From Euglena gracilis (lineage: Eukaryota): a stretch of DNA of 64,000 nucleotides. A program made the translations under genes and the position numbers. The stretch covers positions 11,650,716-11,714,715 of the forward strand of contig CP154954.1 of assembly GCA_039621445.1 (NCBI GenBank). The letters run 5' to 3'. A model generated the notes under the pieces. The model did no database searches. It saw nothing but the letters and a program-made list of their open reading frames with translations, and was not told the origin of the DNA. Positions within the stretch are counted from its first letter, which is position 1, and every line of letters begins with the position of its first letter. Shown here piece after piece: positions 38,156 through 56,249 of this stretch.

Positions 38156-41100
38156 CAGCAAAACGAATTCGCTTCCGAAACGGTTCGGCAGCACAGGGGA
38201 TTTTGTTATTTTGGGGCCCTGGGACAGTTGAGCAGCAAAAGGAATTCGCTTCCAAAACGGTTCGGCAGCACAGAGGATTTTGTTATTTTGGGGCCCTGGA
38301 ACAGTTGAGCAGCAAAAGGAATTCGCTTCCGAAACGGTTCGGCAACACAGGGGATGTTGTTATTTTGGGGCCCTGGGACAGTTGAGCAGCAAAACGAATT
38401 CGCTTCCAAAACGGTTCGGCAACACAGGGGATTTTGTTATTTTGGGGCCCTGGGACAGTTGTGCAGCAAAAGGAATTCGCTTCCAAAACGGTTCGGCAGC
38501 ACAGGGGATTTTGTTATTTTGGGGCCCTGGGACAGTTGTGCAGCAAAAGGAATTCGCTTCCAAAACGGTTCGGCAGCACAGGGGATTTTGTTATTTTGGG
38601 GCCCTGGGACAGTTGAGCAGCAAAAGGAATTCGCTTCCAAAACGGTTCGGCAACACAGGGGATTTTGTTATTTTGGGGCCCTGGGACAGTTGAGCAGCAA
38701 AAGGAATTCGCTTCCAAAACGATTCGGCAGCACAGGGGATTTTGTTAATTTGGGGCCCTGCGCAGTTGAGCAGCAAAACGAATTCGCTTCCAAAATGGTT
38801 CGGCAACACAGGGGATTTTGTTATTTTGGGGCCCTGGGACAGTTGAGCAGCAAAAGGAATTCGCTTCCAAAACGATTCGGCAGCACCGGGGATTTTGTTA
38901 TTTTGGGGCCCTGGAACAGTTGAGCAGCAAAAGGAATTCGCTTCCAAAACGGTTCGGCAACACAGGGGATTTTGTTATTTTGGGCCCTGGGACAGTTGTG
39001 CAGCAAAAGGAATTCGCTTCCAAAACGGTTCGGCAACACAGGGGATTTGGTTTTTTTTGGGCCCTGGGACAGTTGTGCAGCAAAAAGAATTCGGTTCCAA
39101 AACGGTTCGGCAGCACAGGGGATTTTGTTATTTTGGGGCCCTGGGACAGTTGAGCAGCAAAACAAATTCGCTTCCAAAACGGTTCGGCAACACAGGGGAT
39201 TTTGTTATTTTGGGGCCCTGGGACAGTTGAGCAGCAAAAGGAATTCGCTTCCAAAACGGTTCGGCAGCACAGGGTATTTTGTTATTTTGGGGCCCTGGAA
39301 CAGTTGAGCAGCAAAAGGAATTCGCTTCCAAAACGGTTCGGCAACACAGGGGATGTTGTTATTTTGGGGCCCTGGGACAGTTGAGCAGCAAAAGGAATTC
39401 GCTTCCAAAACGGTTCGGCAACACAGGGGATTTTGTTATTTTGGGGCCCTGGGACAGTTGAGCAGCAAAACGAATTCGCTTCCAAAACGGTTCGGCAACA
39501 CAGGGGATTTTGTTATTTTGGGGCCCTGGGACAGTTGTGCAGCAAAAGGAATTCGCTTCCAAAACGGTTCGGCAGCACAGGGGATTTTGTTATTTTGGGG
39601 CCCTGGGACAGTTGAGCAGCAAAAGGAATTCGCTTCCAAAACGGTTCGGCAGCACAGAGGATTTTGTTATTTTGGGGCCCTGGGACAGTTGAGCAGCAAA
39701 AGGAATTCGCTTCCAAAACGGTTCGGCAACACAGGGGATTTTGTTATTTTGGGGCCCTGGGACAGTTGAGCAGCAAAACGAATTCGCTTCCAAAACGGTT
39801 CGGCAACACAGGGGATTTTGTTATTTTGGGGCCCTGGGACAGTTGTGCAGCAAAAGGAATTCGCTTCCAAAACGGTTCGGCAGCACAGGGGATTTTGTTA
39901 TTTTGGGGCCCTGGGACAGTTGAGCAGCAAAAGGAATTCGCTTCCAAAACGGTTCGGCAGCACAGAGGATTTTGTTATTTTGGGGCCCTGGAACAGTTGA
40001 GCAGCAAAAGGAATTCGCTTCCAAAACGGTTCGGCAACACAGGGGATTTTGTTATTTTGGGGCCCTGGGACAGTTGAGCAGCAAAACGAATTCGCTTCCA
40101 AAACGGTTCGGCAACACAGGGGATTTTGTTATTTTGGGGCCCTGGGACAGTTGTGCAGCAAAAGGAATTCGCTTCCAAAACGGTTCGGCAGCACAGGGGA
40201 TTTTGTTATTTTGGGGCCCTGGGACAGTTGTGCAGCAAAAGGAATTCGCTTCCAAAACGGTTCGGCAGCACAGGGGATTTTGTTATTTTGGGGCCCTGGG
40301 ACAGTTGAGCAGCAAAAGGAATTCGCTTCCAAAATGGTTCGGCAACACAGGGGATTTTGTTATTTTGGGGCCCTGGGACAGTTGAGCAGCAAAAGGAATT
40401 CGCTTCCAAAACGATTCGGCAGCACAGGGGATTTTGTTAATTTGGGGCCCTGCGCAGTTGAGCAGCAAAACGAATTCGCTTCCAAAATGGTTCGGCAACA
40501 CAGGGGATTTTGTTATTTTGGGGCCCTGGGACAGTTGAGCGGCAAAAGGAATTCGCTTCCAAAACGATTCGGCAGCACCGGGGATTTTGTTATTTTGGGG
40601 CCCTGGAACAGTTGAGCAGCAAAACGAATTCGCTTCCAAAACGGTTCGGCAACACAGGGGATTTTGTTATTTTGGGCCCTGGGACAGTTGTGCAGCAAAA
40701 GGAATTCGCTTCCAAAACGGTTCGGCAACACAGGGGATTTGGTTTTTTTTGGGCCCTGGGACAGTTGTGCAGCAAAAAGAATTCGCTTCCAAAACGGTTC
40801 GGCAGCACAGGGGATTTTGTTATTTTGGGGCCCTGGGACAGTTGAGCAGCAAAACAAATTCGCTTCCAAAACGGTTCGGCAACACAGGGGATTTTGTTAT
40901 TTTGGGGCCCTGGGACAGTTGAGCAGCAAAAGGAATTCGCTTCCAAAACGGTTCGGCAACACAGGGGATTTTGTTATTTTGGGGCCCTGGGACAGTTGAG
41001 CAGCAAAAGGAATTCGCTTCCAAAACGGTTCGGCAGCACAGGGTATTTTGTTATTTTGGGGCCCTGGAACAGTTGAGCAGCAAAAGGAATTCGCTTCCAA

Positions 41101-41198
41101 AACGGTTCGGCAACACAGGGGATGTTGTTATTTTGGGGCCCTGGAACAGTTGAGCAGCAAAAGGAATTCGCTTCCGAAACGGTTCGGCAACACAGACA
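38156..41198. repeat. 77-bp tandem satellite, ~39.5 copies, with higher-order structure
   Basis: Monomer cagcaaaaggaattcgcttccaaaacggttcggca(a/g)cacaggggattttgttattttggggccctgggacagttg(a/t)g; ORF track repeats with a 77-nt period. Confidence 0.97.
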
Positions 41199-41215
41199 CT
41201 TATGGTTGACATTTA

Positions 41216-41500
41216 GGCTCCCATTCTGCGGTAACCTGGCTGCTTTCCCGTGACACCCTGACTTCGAATCTGCAGCATCCCGGCTCCTTCCCGCGACATC
41301 CCGGCTCCTTTCCGCAACACCCTGGCTCCTTTCCGCGTCATCCTTGCTCCTACTTCACGACACCTTGGCTCCAACCCGCAACACCCTGGCTCCCTCCCTC
41401 GACATCCTGGCTCCCCGTCAGTGGCATGACGGCCTCTGCTCTGCAACATCCCGGCACCCACCCCGCGACACCCTGGCTCCCACCCCGCGACACCTTCATC
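41216..41500. repeat. Degenerate 21-bp minisatellite (ggctccttcccgcgacatccc)
   Basis: Roughly a dozen degenerate units; a related unit precedes the satellite at ~38120-38142. Confidence 0.8.
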
Positions 41501-42439
41501 CCACAACGCCCCCATCATCAGCATCACATGGCCGCTTCACAAAATGTCGAACAATCCCAGTTCTGGGGCGTCTATTTTTACACCAATTTGCCAAAATTTG
41601 CCAAATATAGCAAATCTTGGCAATTACTCGCCTTTTTTTGGGCTTCCTCCAAATATGTGCTGGGAAATTACTTTCAACTTAGAAATTTTTGCATGTTTCT
41701 GTTTTGATTATTTGCTTTCCTTTTTTTGGAATTTTTACCCAAGGAATTCCAATATTTCCAGAATCAGCATGACCCCCAAAAAACACGCTTTTGGATCATT
41801 TGGTTTTTTTTAAAAAAAATAGTAGTTAACGGCTCAGAATTTACACCTAAATTCCTTAAATGACCAAGATATGTGTGATTTCTCCAATTCCCCTTCAGCA
41901 GAAGTGGATTAATACCTGAAACCGCATTTTCCGCAATTTCCGCAATTTCCGCATTTTTTCCAAAGGCCTCCGACACAAACCCCCCCCCCCTTGCACTGGC
42001 ACGGGGAGTTCAAAGCTGGTTGAATTGTCTGGTCTGAGCTGTGGCTGCCAGCCCGCAATTGGTTATGGAGGACACACCCTGGACTTGGACCAAAGGTTTT
42101 TCGCCTATTTTGCGCATGGTCTGCCGAAATTCTCCACATCCAAACTTGACCTTTCCTGTCCCCGCGACACCCCCTCGCTCTCAGGCCCTGGTTCATTGCA
42201 TTTTCTCAAAGTGTTCGGCCCTGAGGCTCAGCTATAGTGTGCTATAGTGCTATAGTGTCCATTGGCGGGTTGTTGATCTTGAAGGGTACAGCAGTCCTCT
42301 TGCCCTTTTCAGAACGAGAAAAATCATTTGTGATTAGTTCCATTCTCCTCTCTTCTGGATTGAGAGCTTCTTTAGAGTAATGTGATGGTTTAAACCTCAG
42401 GGTTGCCTGGGGTTGCTGGCATCTGCTCCACCCTAACAG

Positions 42440-48780
<6,341 letters not shown>

Positions 48781-48802
48781 CCCCCAGGCCATAGGCAGGC
48801 CA

Positions 48803-48996
<194 letters not shown>

Positions 48997-49057
48997 CGCG
49001 CACGTGCAAGAGAATCAAATTAGACCTGTGGGTCAAATCGATACGCTTGTCGACCAC

Positions 49058-52000
49058 CTGTAAGTCGGCTGGCGGTTGGACCTTGCCGCTGGGGCCGCGT
49101 ACAAGCTCCCCATTCCCCAATTCTCCAGCCGAAACGAAAAGGGGACTTGGGCGGAGCTTTTCGCCGACACAGTTGGGTATGGGTACGGGGAGGAGGCGGC
49201 ACGGGCAGGGGGTGGGGGCGTCGGATGGGAGGACGGCCTTGCCGGGGAGGAGCCAGTGACTGGGGTGGAGGTTGGGAATCCGGAGGCCCGGGTGTCCTGC
49301 GCCACAGTCAGGGGTGGGGGGGGGGCGAACCATCCCCAACTAGGTGTTGGCGATCACCATTTAGGGCATAAACATTCATTTGGAGCATAAACCATACACA
49401 TGATTAGATATAAATATACAAATAAATGATATAAATACACAAAATTTCAACTTCAGAAAAGATTTCCGCATCGCCAATTGATAAGGCTCATCCTTCTTTT
49501 GCCTTTTTTATTATTACTATTTTAGATTCATGGGTTTGGCACATGATCCCCCCCCAAAAAACAGGCCCCAGGTCTTATTTTTGGGTCTGTTGCTGGAAAC
49601 CTCCAACGGGGGGGGGGATGTTAGTTTGGGGGGATCTGACTTTCGGATGTTTTCTTGACCGATCTGGACCCGAAAAAAAATAACTTTTCAGGTCTCCAAG
49701 AACACTGAAATTTTCCCTTCGGCGCTTCCCTCAGCGGTGTAAATTGGTATAAATTGACATTTTCCTTTTTTTGGGTACTTCAAAAATCTGGAAAATGTTG
49801 AAACTTCATCTTGTTTTGTGTATGACATTGGGTTTTTGTTATTTTAAGGGAAAATTTTCACCATCCTTGCCCTTCCCAATGTCGGGAGGGGGGTCTTATT
49901 TTTGGAGGGGGGCTTACAACATGCATACAACAACGTTGCTCCGTCAATTTGCTTGTTGGCATCGTCCAGCCTTACATCCGGAGGGATTTCTTGGATTGAG
50001 AGATTCAAAAATTTGCCGATACACGCCGATACACTTTTGTTTTGCCGATACACACGATACACAGATATTATTTGATATTATTTGCCGATACACACCAAGG
50101 AGAGGTCTGCTATTGAACCCAAGGGGATCAAAAAAAATTGCCTCAACACCGATCAAAACCCCACACGTATCGAGTAGAGAATTGGGCAGCAACGACGGGC
50201 GGTGCACACCATGCAGTTGCGAGGGCGGACGGGATTGAATGGGCCACTGGTGTAGGGCACAGGGGGCTGTTCGGGGTTCTGAAAAGAGAACGAGCGATCG
50301 AGCGAACAATTTTTGGGCTATTTAAGAACCCTATTCCTGCTTCCCGGTGTTGATCAATCCTCGAGTTTGCCGACTTCTACGCTCCCTAACATATGCACGG
50401 TGTGACGTACGCAAACAGAATATCATGCCATTCAGTTTTGCAATGCCTTGCACCCGACAAACTTTTGGGTCGGCCCATCGCAAACGAACACATGCGGATG
50501 AGCGCGAGAACCCAACCAGTCCCAGCACTCTGAGAGGGACCGGGGGGCCACACACCGGGGCATCGCTGAGGAGCGACGGGGCATCACTGCCGGAGGGGGA
50601 GGAGCTGCGGGGCGCCGCGTGGGGCGGAGGAGGGGACCCCCAACCGGCTCCTCCAGCCGCACACGTTGTCAGACAGAAAATGTGGGTGTTGGTACTGAGG
50701 TTTTGTGTTGATTTGATTTCTTCACTTTTGGGGAATAGGTCCACGACTTTTTATGCCATGCCGACCACAAAACAAAATCAGAAAAAAAAACACGTAAATT
50801 CCAGGAGAGCCAGGGGCAAAAATGACAATTTACTCGGATTTGTCGAGTCGTGCTTCCTCTCGCTCAAAATTCTTGTAACGCAAAATCAAAATATCCGACA
50901 TGTGTGAATATGCGCACACCGACCAAAAAGTAGTGCTTAAGTGCGAGTTTGGCCGCCTGCACACCACAATACCCACAGACCTTGAAATCTAGCCCACCGC
51001 CGTCCAGGACGTCAACAACCCAAGATTCCACCAGTTTGGGATAGGGCAGCAACGTGGCAGGCGGCAGGGGCCGGGGCAGGCGGCGAGCCGCTGCCACTGG
51101 GGCACGGGGCCGAACGGCTCCGGCTCGGGGTCGGGCTCGTCCCCCGCCGCCACCCCCGCCACGCACCTGTGATCACCCAGAACCCGAGGTCCGGTCACCC
51201 ACCCCAGTCACGCCCCAGTCACGCCCCAGTCACACCCCAGTCACGCTCCAGTCACGCCCCAGTCACGCTCCAGTCACGCCCCAGTCACGCTCCAGTCACG
51301 CCCCAGTCACGCCCCAGTCACGCTCCAGTCATTTCACAGCTTGACCCACACCACAACACGCACCTAACGCCCATAGTCATCCCAGGATGGGGGGAGCTCG
51401 GTGGAACCCACTTTTGAGGTCAATAAGGGGTCCAAAAAAAGTATTTTGGCGCTTTGTGCTGAAAATTGAGAATAACCCCGCCTCCGGCAGATAACCCACT
51501 CAGCCCGACCACCCCCCTGGAGTGGGGCTTGACCCACCCACCCACCCAAAATAAAAAAAAATATCTGTCCCGAAACCCAGTCAGGGCCATACCATTGCTT
51601 AGTGACCCCTGGGGGGGGGGGTCACTTTCCAATCTAAAAAAACCAGTCAACTTTTTTCCCCAAAAAACCAGTCAGTCACTTTACCCCCCCCCACGGGGGG
51701 ATCGGCCACTCTTCAGGAGGCAATGAAATATTGTCAAAAAGTCTCAAAAAATTCAAAAAAATTCCGGCGCCCTCGGCGCCAGGCCGGCCACTTTCTCTTT
51801 TTTCGGGCCTACCCCACCCCCCCCACCCCCCCGGGGGTGGGGGGCTCTTGGCCAAAAAACCAGTCAGTCACCGTGAAAAAAAACACGTCAGTCACCACCC
51901 CGTGTTAAGCAATGGTATGGTCAGGGCCCAGTCACACCCAGTCACACGCCCAGTCACGCCCAGTCACACGCCCAGTCACGCCCAATCACACGCCCAGTCG

Positions 52001-52292
52001 CACCCAGTCACACTTCAGCCACAGCACAATAATCCCACAGGCGCTTGACCCACACCAGCCCCGGCATGGGGCGGGCCGGGCGGTGGAGGGCCTCCACCGG
52101 ATTGAACATCCGCCGGCCCTGGGGTGTGGCGGGGGGGGGGCTGTATGGGAAGACCTGGTCGGGGGAGACAGACATCCCCGGACTCCTGTGGGGGAGCCGG
52201 CTTCCGTCAAGCTGGCAGGCACAGCCGCAACGAAATTTGTCAGAGTCCAAGACGCTGGGACCAAGTCAATCTGGGCGAAGACTCCCCCGAGG
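49058..52292 (-). CDS. Possible minus-strand exon cluster, unknown product
   Basis: Coding-like blocks ~52290-52190 (LGGVFAQIDLVPASWTLTNFVAAVPASL, after cctacag), ~51050-50920 (LLPYPKLVESWVVDVLDGGGLDFKVCGYCGVQAAKLALKHYFL), ~49300-49058 (strand and frame ambiguous). Confidence 0.35.
51204..51331. repeat. 11-bp tandem repeat (cacgccccagt)n
   Basis: Directly visible; related units at 51928-52012. Confidence 0.85.
51588..51919. mobile_element. hAT-like MITE, family D
   Basis: Perfect 14-bp TIR cataccattgctta/taagcaatggtatg; exact 8-bp TSD gtcagggc (51580-51587, 51920-51927); a further copy ends at 63538. Confidence 0.88.
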
Positions 52293-53286
52293 CTGTAGGT
52301 ATGTTTCCAGGCTGGTGCCCCCCCCTCCCAACCACTGTCAAAGAACCGGCCGAAAAAGATGGGTGTGAACCAAGGGATGGTGCTTGGACGGGGGGGGGTG
52401 GGGGGAACCTCTGGAAAAAAAAATACACCACTCTGCGCCGAAGAAAGAGATAGCCACTCAATTTTGGGGGTATTGTGCAACTTGTGCAAGGCATTAGGAT
52501 TCAAAAAAAAACCAATCAATCTTACGAAATTACCCGCCCCCCCCCCGGGCAATTGTCGCGTGACAAATCGGGCAGCACGGAGGGGGGTGACAATTTCCCG
52601 GGGTGACAATTTGGCCGGCACAGCCAGGGGTGACAATTGTCCGGGGGCGTCAATTGCCCGGGGGCGTTAATTGCCCGGGGGGGGGGGGGGGGCGGGTAAG
52701 GTTGGTCAATTCAAAAGACCATGAGACGTCGTAATATTCAAGGTTTTTTGTTAGAAAAGATGACCTCTCAAGAGATGGGTGAGAACAGAGGATGGCCCTT
52801 AGACAAGGCTGGTGCCTTGAGAAGGGGGCAGGTAAGTAGAGGACCAGAGGCCAACTTCCCGGGATGGGAGAGGGAGATGGGAGCCTAGTTGAGATAATCA
52901 ACTTCCTTTCCTCTGAAGCCCACCGGCCCCTGGAGCATCCTTGTGTCCTCTGATCAAAAATGGAAAGAAAATGCAACAAGGCTCCTCAAAATATCCAATG
53001 CAAAAAAATGCAAAAAAATGTAAAAAAAATGCAAAAAAGCAAAAAAAAAAGGGCAGAAAGGGCAAAAAATGCAAAAAATAATGCAAAAAGAATGAAAAAA
53101 ACGTATAAAAAAAAGCAAGTGTCATATAATTTCCTTTAGGAGCTGTACACTTTTCTGTTGGAGAAGACTTACAAAAATATCACATTCCCCTGAGTGCGAC
53201 ATCAAAGGAAAATGTGTTTTCATCCAGTTGCATCCACTTATACTTCATTATGCTGTTAATGTGAAATTGGTCCAAAAAAAAGTGAG

Positions 53287-53748
53287 CAGGGGATTTCTTA
53301 AGGACCCCCAGGGGGGTAGGGGGGGGAGGGGAGGGTAGGGGGGGGGGAGGGGGGGGGGTCCGGGGCTGGAGGGGGACTGGGCTGGGCTGGGTCGGTGAAA
53401 AACAAAATCTTCTAAAAAATTTGTCAATTTCGACATTTTGGTGGATGGAGCTAGATCAAGGCTGGGGGGCTGTGATGGAGCAAGCTGTGGTGAGGGGGGA
53501 AAAAATGCACGGATAGGTGACCTGGGCAGTCCAGTTGGCTGGCCAGCCTGCGACCGGCTGGCTCTGCCTTCGGCCGGCTGGCCCGGCCTCCGGCCGGGCT
53601 GGACCCGACTTTACTTCACTCGACCCCCCCCCCCGGGGGGGGCTCCCAGCCTGAATTTGGGCCGCTGGCTGGATTTGAGCTGCTGGCTGGCTGGACCCCC
53701 CCCCGGGGGGGGGAGGGTAGGGTACCCTCCGGCTTAAGAAATCCTCTG
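53287..53748. mobile_element. hAT-like MITE, family C
   Basis: TIR caggggatttcttaag / cttaagaaatcctctg (15/16); TSD aaagtgag/aatgtgag (7/8). Confidence 0.85.
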
Positions 53749-54000
53749 AATGTGAGGTGTGCAATTTCCAGTTGTCTGAACGTGGGGAAACTTGCCTGTA
53801 CAAATGCCCCCAAAAAAAGGAAAGGCAGGATATGCAAAAAAATTGAAAAAAATATGCGCGTTTGCGAAAATTTTCATAATGCAAAAAGAATGCAAACAAT
53901 GCAACTTGGATATCCCCCCCTGTGGCAAGGCACGCAAAGACATACGGCAGAAAGTTGTTGCGGTGAGAGGCGGCACGAGAGCACGCGGCAAACAGTGCGG

Positions 54001-56168
54001 TCACAGCGGCCCCAGGGCCTCCTCCCGGACGCTGCGGACCCGCCGCCAGTACGGCGTGTCCAGCGTCAGGAACCGCCGCAGCGTGGCCGGGGGCACGGCG
54101 TGGGACCGGGTCGGGGGGCCCGGCCCCCGCTGCGCGGCGACGGCCCGCACCTCGAAGCCCCGCCAGTGCCGGCCGCGGAAGGTGGCGTCGGGGACGCGGC
54201 CTGGGGGCACTGGTGGGCGGGAGGCTGATCCGTTGCGGGGCCTCCCCCGGAAGAAAGCAGGTTCCGGCCTGGGGGGTCATTCCTGGGGCTGGGCCAAATG
54301 GGCGCCGGCCCAAATTGATGGGCCGGCAATGCAGGTGACAACAAGGGGGGGGAAGCACCCGCCCCACCCTCAAAAAAAACACAATCCAAAATACAGTTTA
54401 TTCGGGAACCATTTTTTGCACCGTTTTTTTAATCCTTTTTGTGGATTTTTTTTTCAATCTTTTGGATTAGGGGTTGATAGTTTGATATTTTGAGACTGCA
54501 ATCTATTCAAAATTACCTGAACGGTAGAGCATTCACTCTTTTTTCGGACGTCATTTGCTTAGGACGTTATTTTTTTTATCTTTTCCAGACTTTATTCCTC
54601 CACTTACCAATTCTGTTTCCCCGTTTCCCCAGTTTTCAGTGCTTTGATGACACCTGTGAAATCGACATCCTTGGTCAGGTGCAACATATCCCAAGGTACG
54701 TGGCAATGCCCACAGTTTACAATCGCGGATAAAGGGCTCGTTCATCACACCAAGGTCTCTGTCAAGCAGCGCTTGCCGTTTGTTGACCTCCAGTGGAAAG
54801 ACGGTTCAAAACTTGAAACCGGCAATGTTCTCATGGCGAGCAGGCTGAATTTGATCAACCCCCTGGAAGGGGTGCCCTAAGGGGGGGATGCCTGCTGGTT
54901 GTAGGCCAAAAAGTAAGTCCCACCCAAATCATATACCCCCCCCCCGAAATGATATGAATAATATAATAATATGAGTCCGGACAAAAAAGGCGGGAAAAAT
55001 GAAGGGGAAAATGAAGGAAAATTTAGACTTTGAAAAAAACAACAATGGGGATTCACGGAAAATGGTGGTAATTTTCCCACTTGCTTCAAAAATTTTCGGC
55101 AGAAAAAGCAGCTCAGAATTCCAAAAAAAAAAATGATGTCGAAATGTTTTTCTGGGTTTTTTCTTTTTGTGGTTTTCCAATAAAAAATTCAACCCCTAAA
55201 ATAAACCATATGTCACATCCCTGTCCTTCTGTGTGTGAAAGTCAACCACCAGTGAACGTGGTTCCTCCAAAAGGGCTAAAAAAATTACGGGGAAAAATGA
55301 TGGGAAAAACTGAGTGGTTTTCCATCATTTTTGTTTTCCGTCATTTTGTCGAGACTGTGCCCCCAATACCGCCCCCTGGCCCGGGACTTCGGCTGCCCAA
55401 AAATAATATACCCCCCTGCCACACCCAAGAAAGGAAATCCAGCATGGCATAAGCTTGAATTTCTTTCCAAAAAAAACAGCATATTTTGGTTAAAAAATAT
55501 CTGGTACCAAAAGGGCAGTAAAATAAAATGAAAAATGCGCAAAAGTCAGAAATTACGTAAAAATGTGCTTTTTGGATGGTCTTTTGGAGTTTGAAAAATT
55601 GGGTTGTGCCTGCGGTGCCGAAGTGCCTTGGTCAAGTGCCCAGGCACTTTGGCCATGTGCCCCCCTGGGGGGTCGGATCTAGGTGCCTTGGAGTGCCTGC
55701 CCAGGTAGCCACCCCCCCCCCCCCGGGGTGGAGTCGGCACCGCTGGATATTATCGCGTAAAATTCAGCCTGATAGTGGTCAGCAAGCCTCGCGAACGATG
55801 AAACAAACATCGAACAAACAACTGAACCCTTTTTGAAGAATCAGACCGGAAATGAAATCTTAGACATAAAAGCCATCTCGGCCTATTGAGGGGGGGTACG
55901 CACAAGGTTGACACTCAATGGCGCTTATTGCAAACGCAGCCTGGTCCCACTGCTGGGGGTACTTCCCGACAAACCAGTTGCCACTGGCGACGCGCGGGAA
56001 GCCGAAGACCTCTTTCGGGTGGAAAATGGCGGCGAGGTACGATGCGTACAGCTGGGAGGCCCACCAGCTGAAGTGGTCCATCCCATCGTAGTACGGCGCA
56101 GCCGGGCTGGGCAAAGGCTTGGGTGTGGGGGTCGTCCAAACATATGTGGCTCAATGAGCGCGTAAATG

Positions 56169-56249
<81 letters not shown>

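Noticed and set aside
38156-41198. CRISPR array or repeat-protein ORFs (MEANSFCC..., MLFWGPG...)
   Set aside because: Contiguous 77-bp monomers with no unique spacers, period not divisible by 3, no cas genes, eukaryotic context
53287-53748. piggyBac assignment because of TTAA in the termini
   Set aside because: TTAA is internal to the TIR; the real flanking duplication is 8 bp outside CAG...CTG
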